DNA of 64,000 nucleotides from Escherichia coli (GTDB lineage Bacteria; Pseudomonadota; Gammaproteobacteria; Enterobacterales; Enterobacteriaceae): NCBI RefSeq assembly GCF_048403405.1, contig NZ_CP183129.1; one strand, 5' to 3'. Shown piece by piece: positions 55,677 to 64,000 of this stretch (position 1 is its first letter; each line of letters starts with the position of its first letter). The notes under the pieces were generated by a model. It saw only the letters and a program-made list of their open reading frames with translations, ran no database searches and was not told where the DNA came from. The position numbers and the translations under genes were made by a program.

Positions 55677-57287
55677 ATGAAAGGGAAATCTACATTAACT
55701 CTTCTGCTCGCTGGTATATTTTCATGCGGCACATGCCAGGCGACAGGGGCAGAAGTGACGAGTGAATCTGTATTTAACATTCTTAATTCCACGGGGGCAG
55801 CAACTGATAAAAGTTATTTATCGTTAAATCCAGATAAGTATCCTAATTATCGTCTTCTGATTCACTCAGCCAAATTAAAAAATGAAATAAAGAGCCACTA
55901 TACCAAAGACGAAATTCAAGGATTGTTAACATTAACAGAAAATACACGAAAGTTAACGTTGACGGAGAAACCCTGGGGAACATTTATTCTTGCTTCTACT
56001 TTCGAAGATGACAAAACAGCGGCAGAAACCCACTATGATGCTGTCTGGCTGAGGGATAGTTTATGGGGCTATATGGCATTAGTATCAGATCAGGGAAATA
56101 GTGTAGCCGCAAAAAAGGTTCTGCTCACTCTGTGGGATTATATGTCTACGCCCGACCAGATTAAGCGGATGCAGGACGTCATTAGCAACCCAAAACGACT
56201 GGATGGTATTCCTGGGCAAATGAATGCTGTACATATCCGATTTGACAGCAACTCCCCCGTGATGGCAGATGTGCAGGAAGAAGGCAAGCCGCAGCTGTGG
56301 AACCATAAACAAAATGATGCGTTAGGTCTTTATCTTGATCTCCTTATACAAGCAATCGACACTGGTACTATTAACGCTGAAGATTGGCAAAAAGGTGACC
56401 GATTAAAATCGGTCGCGCTGCTGATTGCTTATCTGGATAAAGCCAATTTCTATGTTATGGAAGATTCCGGAGCGTGGGAAGAAGATGCCCGATTAAACAC
56501 ATCTTCCGTTGCACTGGTGACCTCTGGACTGGAACGTTTGTCGAACTTACTCTCGAAGAAAGACTCTGTTTTTGTCTCTGATTTACTACGCGAAGCTAAA
56601 GCTAGTGAACTGGATGAACCTCTTTCAACAACGAGGTTGAACCATCTCATAGATAAAGGGTATGAAAGAATAACGTTACAGCTTGATTTAGGGGGAGAAT
56701 CCCCAGGTTATCTGGAAAAAGATAAACATTACAGAGAAGCCGATGCGGCTTTACTTAATGTTATTTATCCTGCAAATCTTTCAAAGATAAATACCAGAAG
56801 AAAAGAGCAAGTTCTAAAAATAGTTAAAAAACTAGCAGGTCCGTATGGTATAAAAAGATACGAGAAGGATAATTATCAGTCGGCAAATTTTTGGTTCAAT
56901 GATATTAAAACCGATACCGATCAAAACTCACATGCGAAAAGAGAAATGAGCTTCATTCCATCAACAGAAGCAGAATGGTTTTTTGACTCATGGTATGCAA
57001 AATCAGCAGCAATTGTTTATAAAGAATCAAGAAAAGAAGAGTATTTGAATGACTCAGTGCAATTTATGAATAGATCATTGGCCCAAATAACAGGCGAGAA
57101 TATGATTGGTGCAAATGGCAGGAGTGTACCTGAAATGGCACTTCCCGAAAGCTATAACTATATCCACAAGTCGGGAACTTTGCATGAAGCGCCAAGCCCT
57201 ATCATTCCGCTAAATTGGTCGAAAGCTTCAATGACTCTCATGTTGAAAGAGATGTCCAACCTTATCAATGATGAGGGAATTAAATAG
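55677..57287 (+). CDS. Secreted protein with glucoamylase-like (GH15-like) region; function unknown (probably the intact counterpart of the K-12 ygeQ remnant)
   Basis: Track ORF 55635..57287; likely start MKGKSTLTLLLAGIFSCGTCQA (signal peptide); contains a YDAVWLRDS motif resembling the GH15 / phosphorylase-kinase (alpha/alpha)6 domain signature. Low GC. Confidence 0.6.
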   Translation: MKGKSTLTLLLAGIFSCGTCQATGAEVTSESVFNILNSTGAATDKSYLSLNPDKYPNYRLLIHSAKLKNEIKSHYTKDEIQGLLTLTENTRKLTLTEKPWGTFILASTFEDDKTAAETHYDAVWLRDSLWGYMALVSDQGNSVAAKKVLLTLWDYMSTPDQIKRMQDVISNPKRLDGIPGQMNAVHIRFDSNSPVMADVQEEGKPQLWNHKQNDALGLYLDLLIQAIDTGTINAEDWQKGDRLKSVALLIAYLDKANFYVMEDSGAWEEDARLNTSSVALVTSGLERLSNLLSKKDSVFVSDLLREAKASELDEPLSTTRLNHLIDKGYERITLQLDLGGESPGYLEKDKHYREADAALLNVIYPANLSKINTRRKEQVLKIVKKLAGPYGIKRYEKDNYQSANFWFNDIKTDTDQNSHAKREMSFIPSTEAEWFFDSWYAKSAAIVYKESRKEEYLNDSVQFMNRSLAQITGENMIGANGRSVPEMALPESYNYIHKSGTLHEAPSPIIPLNWSKASMTLMLKEMSNLINDEGIK

Positions 57288-57352
57288 TTTTCATAATGAG
57301 GCGGTCCTGGATTAAAAGGACCGCTCAAAGAGAAATCGTAAGGGAGGTAAAA

Positions 57353-57532
57353 GTGATCAATAAATTACTGTTAGCTTACCTGATAGGTCTGGTTGTGACA
57401 TCGACCTTAATATTTATCTTCTCGGAAGAAAAAGTAACATATCGGTTGTTTGCTGCAGTAATTACAGGGTTGACCTGGCCGCTTAGTCTCATTCCTTCCA
57501 TTATAAGTCTCATGATTCGTAAATCCGACTAA
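57353..57532 (+). CDS. Hypothetical small membrane protein (about 59 aa, two predicted TM helices)
   Basis: GTG start 7 nt after a strong GGGAGG SD; VINKLLLAYLIGLVVTSTLIFIF...LFAAVITGLTWPLSLIPSIISLMI. No family recognised. Confidence 0.35.
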   Translation: MINKLLLAYLIGLVVTSTLIFIFSEEKVTYRLFAAVITGLTWPLSLIPSIISLMIRKSD

Positions 57533-57877
57533 CAAGAAAATCATATGATCGATTAAGAAAAATATAATCGAACAAGAGAATAAAATATATGCGGGGAGTA
57601 ACAAAACACTCGCAGTGCGTTAATGAAGAACTAACAAATATGATTTGTATTGAAAATAGTTACCAAACAAGTGTTATAAGAAATACGAGGTGTGTTTAAG
57701 TAAAACATATCAACAGTTACAAATCTGTATATGGACAGGATGACGTACAAGTGTAAGTGGCTGATAGCTGTTCGCTCATAACAAAATCATTATTTTATAA
57801 ATAGGAATCATCACTTTTTAATCATGTTTTTATAGCAAGTTTATGGAGAATGAGAATATGGAATAAGGAGATGAAAC
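57533..57877 (+). promoter_or_regulatory. AT-rich upstream region of eivF (probable promoter / nucleoid-protein silencing region)
   Basis: About 345 bp very AT-rich non-coding DNA preceding the first gene of the inv-like operon; inferred from composition only. Confidence 0.35.
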
Positions 57878-58627
57878 ATGATTGAAGAAGGGCTGTTACT
57901 TCCAATGAATGTTTTGCTTCAAGGACAGAAGTTAACCCTACTGGACCCTGAAATGTGGTTCTTACGGGGAAATGAAAACAAGGATGTAACCCTTGTTATT
58001 ACGATTGGTAATAACCATCAAAAATTAATGGTAGTGGAAGACATATTACTGCTCATTGACCGAAGCCAAATTGAGGTAACTGCAGGGAAAGTAATTTATC
58101 ATCCACTTCGCATTGATATCCTGAGTAAATTATTAGCTTTTATAGATGAATCAACGGGGAGTGTGGAAAGGGAACACCATGAATTGTTTGCTGATGCCTT
58201 GCCCTTTGCATCAGAAGTTGTGCTATTCAGTAAAGTTGCAAGTGAAGCCTGGTTTTTAGCCACTTATCTGAGCAGCGATAATATTAATGAAATTCTGTTT
58301 CAGCATCTAAGAAAAACAGAATGCTATAAACTGGTTCGCTATTTATTATCGCAATCGCTCATACAGACTTCACTCTATGATCTTGGTGAGCTTTACGGCG
58401 TATCGTATTCACATTTTCGCCGTTTATGTAGTTATGCATTGGGTGGTAAAGTTAAAACGGAATTATGTGGCTGGAGAGTTGCCAGAGCCGTGTTGGAAAT
58501 CATTGAAGGAAACAGTGATATGACAACTATTGCGCATAAATATGGCTACTCATCCTCATCACACTTTTCAGCCGAAGTAAAAAGCCGGTTAGGAAAAACA
58601 CCGAGAGAACTATGTAAAAAGTTATGA
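57878..58627 (+). CDS. eivF: AraC-family transcriptional regulator, InvF-like (ETT2)
   Basis: 249 aa; C-terminal AraC HTH (YSHFRRLCSYALG...TIAHKYGYSSSSHFSAEVKSRLGKTPRE); position equivalent to invF upstream of the secretin gene. Confidence 0.75.
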   Translation: MIEEGLLLPMNVLLQGQKLTLLDPEMWFLRGNENKDVTLVITIGNNHQKLMVVEDILLLIDRSQIEVTAGKVIYHPLRIDILSKLLAFIDESTGSVEREHHELFADALPFASEVVLFSKVASEAWFLATYLSSDNINEILFQHLRKTECYKLVRYLLSQSLIQTSLYDLGELYGVSYSHFRRLCSYALGGKVKTELCGWRVARAVLEIIEGNSDMTTIAHKYGYSSSSHFSAEVKSRLGKTPRELCKKL

Positions 58628-60327
58628 AAATAAAATTACGTATTACTATTATATTAATTTCAGCCTTATGCATTTTTAATGGATTATTGACTCCTGGTGC
58701 ATATGCCGCAACAGCGAATGGATACGTAGCAAATAAAGAAAATCTACGTAGTTTTTTTGAAACGGTTTCATCATATGCGGGTAAGCCTACAATAGTAAGT
58801 AAGCTTGCCATGAAGAAACAGATCAGCGGAAATTTTGATTTAACCGAACCCTATGCCTTGATTGAACGCCTGTCGGCGCAGATGGGACTTATTTGGTACG
58901 ATGATGGCAAAGCTATTTATATCTATGACTCATCAGAGATGCGTAATGCGCTGATTAATCTGAGAAAGGTATCGACGAATGAGTTTAATAATTTTTTAAA
59001 AAAATCGGGTCTGTATAACTCTCGTTATGAAATTAAAGGGGGCGGCAATGGTACTTTCTATGTATCGGGGCCACCAGTTTATGTTGACCTGGTCGTTAAT
59101 GCTGCGAAATTAATGGAGCAAAACAGCGATGGCATCGAGATTGGACGAAATAAAGTAGGAATAATTCATCTGGTCAACACATTCGTTAATGATCGGACTT
59201 ATGAATTACGTGGCGAAAAGATAGTTATTCCTGGCATGGCAAAAGTACTATCGACATTGTTAAATAATAACATTAAGCAAAGCACAGGGGTTAACGTACT
59301 TTCTGAAATTTCAAGTCGTCAACAACTAAAAAACGTATCACGTATGCCTCCTTTTCCTGGTGCTGAAGAAGATGATGACCTACAAGTAGAGAAAATAATA
59401 TCGACAGCTGGAGCGCCAGAGACTGACGATATACAAATTATTGCATATCCTGATACCAACAGTTTACTTGTTAAAGGAACAGTATCTCAGGTTGATTTTA
59501 TCGAGAAGTTAGTAGCTACACTCGATATTCCAAAGCGACACATTGAATTATCTTTATGGATAATAGATATTGATAAGACTGATCTAGAACAGTTAGGAGC
59601 TGACTGGTCTGGCACGATAAAAATTGGATCCAGCCTAAGTGCATCATTTAATAATTCAGGTTCAATTAGTACCCTGGATGGGACACAGTTTATTGCAACA
59701 ATACAGGCACTTGCGCAAAAAAGAAGAGCCGCCGTTGTTGCTCGTCCTGTCGTTTTAACACAGGAGAATATTCCTGCTATATTTGATAATAACCGTACTT
59801 TCTATACTAAATTAGTCGGCGAGCGTACTGCGGAGTTGGATGAAGTAACCTATGGTACGATGATTAGCGTGCTACCACGATTTGCTGCGCGAAATCAAAT
59901 TGAATTACTCTTGAATATTGAAGATGGCAATGAAATCAATTCTGACAAGACCAATGTTGATGATCTGCCTCAGGTTGGTAGAACGCTTATAAGTACTATT
60001 GCGCGCGTGCCTCAAGGGAAAAGTCTTTTGATTGGTGGATATACACGAGATACGAATACCTATGAAAGTCGCAAGATCCCAATATTAGGCAGTATTCCAT
60101 TTATTGGTAAATTATTTGGATATGAAGGAACAAATGCGAATAACATCGTTCGTGTCTTTCTTATTGAGCCAAGAGAGATCGATGAGCGCATGATGAATAA
60201 TGCGAATGAGGCTGCGGTTGACGCCAGAGCAATAACACAGCAAATGGCAAAAAATAAAGAAATCAACGATGAATTACTGCAGAAATGGATAAAAACTTAC
60301 CTGAATCGTGAAGTCGTCGGAGGATAG
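58624..60327 (+). CDS. eivG: Type III secretion outer-membrane secretin, InvG/SctC-like (ETT2)
   Basis: 567 aa with a signal peptide and the C-terminal secretin signature (VPILGSIPFIGKLFG); the ATG overlaps the eivF stop (ATGA). Confidence 0.85.
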   Translation: MKIKLRITIILISALCIFNGLLTPGAYAATANGYVANKENLRSFFETVSSYAGKPTIVSKLAMKKQISGNFDLTEPYALIERLSAQMGLIWYDDGKAIYIYDSSEMRNALINLRKVSTNEFNNFLKKSGLYNSRYEIKGGGNGTFYVSGPPVYVDLVVNAAKLMEQNSDGIEIGRNKVGIIHLVNTFVNDRTYELRGEKIVIPGMAKVLSTLLNNNIKQSTGVNVLSEISSRQQLKNVSRMPPFPGAEEDDDLQVEKIISTAGAPETDDIQIIAYPDTNSLLVKGTVSQVDFIEKLVATLDIPKRHIELSLWIIDIDKTDLEQLGADWSGTIKIGSSLSASFNNSGSISTLDGTQFIATIQALAQKRRAAVVARPVVLTQENIPAIFDNNRTFYTKLVGERTAELDEVTYGTMISVLPRFAARNQIELLLNIEDGNEINSDKTNVDDLPQVGRTLISTIARVPQGKSLLIGGYTRDTNTYESRKIPILGSIPFIGKLFGYEGTNANNIVRVFLIEPREIDERMMNNANEAAVDARAITQQMAKNKEINDELLQKWIKTYLNREVVGG

Positions 60328-60331
60328 TGAA

Positions 60332-61477
60332 ATGGCGATTCATGTAGAACATGTCGGTGTATTAGAAAGAGCCAGAGAAGTTTCTCGCTTAGAGGACATT
60401 ATCACAGAAGATAATGAAGATATTGAAGCTGAAATGCCTAAAATGGGAGATGATCCCGCCGGTAAAGAAGCTCGATTCTTACAAGCTACTGACGAGATGT
60501 CAGCAGCGTTAACGCAGTTTATGAAGAAAAAAATCTACGAAGAACAACTGGCCAACTTTCTGGACGGAGAAGAATATGTCCTGGAAGATCAGCCAATAGA
60601 AAAAACCGATAAAGTCATGGAGGCGCTTAAGGCAGCAACTACCCATGACTATGAAGTGTATAGCTTTGCTAAAAAATTATTTCCAGATGAAAGCGATCTG
60701 GTGGTTGTATTACGTGCAATTTTACGTAAAAAACAAATATCTGAAAATGTGCGGCTAAACGCTGAAGCATTACTTAAAAAAGTTAATCAAGAGACTACTA
60801 AAAAATTCATTAATAGCGGTATTAACTCGGCATTAAAAGCAAAGTTATTTGGCCAGGCGTTATCATTAAATCCAAAATTACTAAGGGCAAGTTATCGACA
60901 GTTTTTAATGGCAGAAGACGATGCTGTAGATACTTATGTCGAATGGATTGGTAGTTATGGCTATCAAAATAGAATACTGGTGACAAAATTTATCAAAGAG
61001 ACGCTTTTCTCAGATATAAATGCACTTGATGCGAGCTGTTCATCATTGGAATTTGGTATGTTTCTCAATAAGTTGTCACAACTATTGTCTCTTCAGTCAG
61101 CAGAGGCTTTATTTCTGAAAACTTTAATGAATAACCCAATAATTAAAAAATTTATTAGCGTAGAAGATTATTGGATATTTTTTCTGATATCGTTAATAAA
61201 ATTTCCTGAGACAGCAGAGGAACTCCTGAAAAATGCACTGGTAACCCTACCCGCAGATGCTAATTATAAAGACAAAACGTTACTCCTGAAGGCGATTTAC
61301 AGCGGATGTACAAATCTTCCATTTTCACTTTTTATTAATAATGAACAATTATTAGAGATTAGGGAGTGTTGTAAACAGGCAATAAAAGTAACATTTGCAG
61401 CAGAGCTCTTTGATACACAAAACAGTAATAAAAAACAAAATAAAAAACCATGGAAGAAGGTAATGTTCAATGTTTAA
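60332..61477 (+). CDS. eivE: Type III secretion gatekeeper, InvE/SctW-like (ETT2)
   Basis: The track ORF starts at a GTG at 60308 inside eivG; I prefer the ATG at 60332 (MAIHVEHVGV...), 7 nt after a GGAGGA SD. Acidic N-terminus and size typical of the InvE/YopN/SepL family. Confidence 0.7.
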   Translation: MAIHVEHVGVLERAREVSRLEDIITEDNEDIEAEMPKMGDDPAGKEARFLQATDEMSAALTQFMKKKIYEEQLANFLDGEEYVLEDQPIEKTDKVMEALKAATTHDYEVYSFAKKLFPDESDLVVVLRAILRKKQISENVRLNAEALLKKVNQETTKKFINSGINSALKAKLFGQALSLNPKLLRASYRQFLMAEDDAVDTYVEWIGSYGYQNRILVTKFIKETLFSDINALDASCSSLEFGMFLNKLSQLLSLQSAEALFLKTLMNNPIIKKFISVEDYWIFFLISLIKFPETAEELLKNALVTLPADANYKDKTLLLKAIYSGCTNLPFSLFINNEQLLEIRECCKQAIKVTFAAELFDTQNSNKKQNKKPWKKVMFNV

Positions 61478-63530
61478 CAAAGTTTTGATAGGGTTAAGGA
61501 GTCATCCAGAATTAATAATTCTTGGATTAATGGTGATGATTATCGCCATGCTCATAATTCCATTGCCCACCTACTTAATCGATTTTTTGATTGGGCTGAA
61601 CTTAACATTGGCAATACTTGTGTTTTTAGGATCATTCTATGTTGATAGGATCTTAAGTTTTTCTTCATTCCCATCAATTCTTCTCATCACAACGTTATTT
61701 CGTTTGGCGCTGGCGATCAGTACCAGCCGACTTATACTTCTTGAGGCGGACGCCGGAGAAATTATAACGAGTTTTGGTGAATTCGTTATTGGAGATAGCC
61801 TGGTAGTTGGTTTTGTTATTTTCTCCATTGTTACTATTGTTCAGTTTATCGTGATTACTAAAGGTTCGGAACGTGTGGCTGAAGTTGCTGCCCGCTTTTC
61901 GCTTGACGGTATGCCAGGTAAACAAATGAGTATTGACGCCGATCTACGCGCCGGGATCATTGATGCAGATTTAGCAAAAGAACGTCGTAGCGTATTAGAA
62001 CGAGAGAGTCAGCTGTATGGTTCCTTTGATGGTGCGATGAAATTTATCAAAGGTGATGCTATTGCAAACATTATTATTATCTTTGTTAATATTATCGGTG
62101 GGCTATCAGTAGGAGTAGGCCAAAATGGAATGGATTTCTCGACAGCGTTGACCGTCTACACAATTCTTACCGTCGGTGATGGTCTTGTTTCACAAATTCC
62201 AGCTTTATTAATTGCTATTAGTGCAGGGTTTATCGTAACGCGCGTGAATGGCGATAGTGATAATATGGGGCAAAATATAATGTCCCAGTTATTAAGTAAT
62301 TCTTTTGTCATTATTGTGACATGTGTCCTCGCGCTAAGTATTGGGTTGCTTCCAGGTTTTCCCCTTCTTGTGTTTTTATGTTTGGCAGTAATCTTAGGAA
62401 TTTATTTTTACTTTAAATTCAAAAAGAAAGGGGTTGAAGAAACGGTTGTTGAGGGAGATATCACCGTTGGGTTGGAACCCTATAATCAGGATGATGATAT
62501 TTCATTAGGTATTATTAATAAACTTGATCAGGTTATTACCGAAACGGTACCCTTGGTTTTGATTATGAATAGTGTACAGGCTAAAAAATACACTGAAATC
62601 AATCTTGCTGATAGGATTCGTAGTCAGTTTTTTATTGAGTATGGTATCCGTATTCCCGGTATTGTCATTCGCGAGGGGGAAGGCCTTAATGATGAAGATG
62701 TCATATTAATGCTAAATGAAGTCAGAGCCTCGCAATTTAAAATTTATCATGATCTCGTCTTGTTGGTTGAATATTCAGATGAAGTGGTTTCGACTTTGAT
62801 AAAGAAACCTGTCATCGTAAATAGTAATGGTGAACAATATTATTGGGTTACAAAAAGTGATGCCCAAAAATTAACAAAAATTGGCTGTTATACACGCACG
62901 GCCATGGATGAAATGTACAATCATTTATCTGTATGTCTGGCGCATAATATTAATGAGTATTTTGGTATACAAGAAACCAAATATATTCTTGATCAATTAG
63001 AGATGAAGTATCCTGATCTATTAAAAGAAATATTAAGATATATAACCGTGCAGCGCATTTCAGAGGTAATTCAGCGTCTGATCCAGGAGCGAATTTCAGT
63101 GCGCAATATGCGTTTAGTTATGGAGGCTTTAGCATTATGGAGCCCACGGGAGAAAGATATAATTACACTCGTCGAGCATGTACGAGGTGCATTAGGTCGC
63201 TACATTTGCCATAAGTTTTCATATTCTGGAGAAATTAAAGCAATTGTGATTTCGCCTGAAATAGAGGACAGAATCAGAGATGGTGTCAGGCCTACCGCTG
63301 GCGGTACTTTTCTTAATCTCGATGCATCCGAAGCTGAGATGATTCTGGATAATTTTAAACTGGCTCTTTCTGGAATCAATATTCCTATTAAAGACATTAT
63401 TTTACTGGGATCTGTGGATATTCGTCGTTTTATCAAAAAACTTATTGAATCTAGTTATCGAGACCTCGAAGTACTTTCGTACGGGGAACTAACGGAAAAT
63501 GTTCCCGTTAATATTCTGAAAACTATTTAG
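61470..63530 (+). CDS. eivA: Type III secretion export apparatus major subunit, InvA/SctV (FHIPEP family) (ETT2)
   Basis: 686 aa; near-colinear with Salmonella InvA as I recall it (e.g. SERVAEVAARFSLDGMPGKQMSIDADL, GSFDGAMKFIKGDAIA); 8 TM segments plus a cytoplasmic domain. Confidence 0.9.
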   Translation: MFNKVLIGLRSHPELIILGLMVMIIAMLIIPLPTYLIDFLIGLNLTLAILVFLGSFYVDRILSFSSFPSILLITTLFRLALAISTSRLILLEADAGEIITSFGEFVIGDSLVVGFVIFSIVTIVQFIVITKGSERVAEVAARFSLDGMPGKQMSIDADLRAGIIDADLAKERRSVLERESQLYGSFDGAMKFIKGDAIANIIIIFVNIIGGLSVGVGQNGMDFSTALTVYTILTVGDGLVSQIPALLIAISAGFIVTRVNGDSDNMGQNIMSQLLSNSFVIIVTCVLALSIGLLPGFPLLVFLCLAVILGIYFYFKFKKKGVEETVVEGDITVGLEPYNQDDDISLGIINKLDQVITETVPLVLIMNSVQAKKYTEINLADRIRSQFFIEYGIRIPGIVIREGEGLNDEDVILMLNEVRASQFKIYHDLVLLVEYSDEVVSTLIKKPVIVNSNGEQYYWVTKSDAQKLTKIGCYTRTAMDEMYNHLSVCLAHNINEYFGIQETKYILDQLEMKYPDLLKEILRYITVQRISEVIQRLIQERISVRNMRLVMEALALWSPREKDIITLVEHVRGALGRYICHKFSYSGEIKAIVISPEIEDRIRDGVRPTAGGTFLNLDASEAEMILDNFKLALSGINIPIKDIILLGSVDIRRFIKKLIESSYRDLEVLSYGELTENVPVNILKTI

Positions 63531-63561
63531 GATAATGTCTTGCGATATGGAGCATGCTGGT

Positions 63562-64000
63562 ATGAAAAAATTAAAACTATTAAATAAATACAGCTACTTA
63601 CATAGCATAAACGGTTCGCTGATTGAAGCAGAGCTTGACGACGTTTCAGTGGGCGAAGTATGCGAAATTTATGCGAGCTGGCAAGCAAATGAACGTATAG
63701 CCAGGGCTCAGGTCGTTGGCTTTCGCAATGGAAAGACATTATTAAACCTTATAGGCAGCTCTGTGGGGCTTACACGTACTGCAGTTTTGAAACCAACGGG
63801 AGAGCAGTTAACCATACAGATCAGTGATGCCTTTCTTGGTTCAGTTTTGAATGCTTCTGGTCAAATTATGGAAAGGTTTGTCCCGGACACTCCAGGCGAA
63901 AGGGGAAATTTACGCCTGATTGATGAACTGCCACCGTCGTATCAGGAACGTCGAGTTATTAATACACCACTAGAGACACGGATAAGAGTCATTGATGGCG
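63562..64000 (+). CDS. eivC: Type III secretion ATPase, InvC/SctN-like, 5' portion only (runs off the window end)
   Basis: An ATG preceded by GGAG; the translation MKKLKLLNKYSYLHSINGSLIEAELDDVSVGEVCEIY...RAQVVGF...PLETRIRVIDG matches the N-terminal domain pattern of F1/T3SS ATPases. Absent from the six-frame track because no stop lies within the window. Confidence 0.75.
   Translation, partial: MKKLKLLNKYSYLHSINGSLIEAELDDVSVGEVCEIYASWQANERIARAQVVGFRNGKTLLNLIGSSVGLTRTAVLKPTGEQLTIQISDAFLGSVLNASGQIMERFVPDTPGERGNLRLIDELPPSYQERRVINTPLETRIRVIDG

Larger units (their letters stand above)
55445..64000. mobile_element. Left part of the ETT2 (E. coli type III secretion system 2) genomic island, adjacent to tRNA-Gly glyU; continues beyond the window
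   Basis: An abrupt shift to AT-rich composition begins just after glyU, followed by SPI-1 inv-like gene order (AraC regulator, secretin, gatekeeper, SctV, ATPase). tRNA-adjacent islands are a known hallmark of horizontal acquisition. Confidence 0.8.

Noticed and set aside
55445-64000. Possibility that the T3SS genes represent a novel secretion system.
   Set aside because: Gene order and the protein sequences I can compare from memory (especially the InvA-like and secretin proteins) match the known inv/ETT2 family at a known chromosomal site; there is no basis for calling it undescribed.

Overview
This window is an Escherichia coli chromosomal segment, reverse-complemented relative to K-12 map order, and it is almost entirely explained by known loci. 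From left to right: the 5' tip of zapA, ygfB-pepP-ubiH-ubiI, the glycine cleavage operon gcvTHP, bglA, yqfB, yqfA, ygfZ, sdhE-ygfX, fldB, xerD-dsbC-recJ, prfB (with its programmed +1 frameshift) and lysS, then idi. A ~32 kb block follows (about 21.7-54.1 kb) that holds the partly uncharacterised purine-catabolism / putative selenium-dependent molybdenum-hydroxylase cluster: uacT, ygfT, ygfS, ghxQ, guaD, xanQ, xdhD, ygfM, ssnA, ygfK, mocA, yqeC, yqeB, yqeA, hyuA, ygeY, dpaL(ygeX), ygeW, ygeV, xdhCBA. After ygeR and tRNA-Gly (glyU) the sequence becomes visibly AT-rich and encodes the start of the ETT2 type III secretion island: a GH15-like secreted protein, a small membrane ORF, then InvF/InvG/InvE/InvA/InvC-like eivF, eivG, eivE, eivA and the 5' end of eivC. 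These ETT2 genes are full-length here, whereas K-12 carries a deletion at this position, so the source is probably a non-K-12 E. coli. I found no CRISPR array, no IS element and no rRNA. I did not find a system I can defend as previously undescribed; the two most interesting regions are the ETT2 island edge and the incompletely characterised purine/molybdoenzyme cluster with a candidate sigma54 promoter. Gene identities come from reading the supplied translations against recalled protein families; no database search was run. Coordinates of short motifs read directly from the sequence lines may be off by 1-2 nt.
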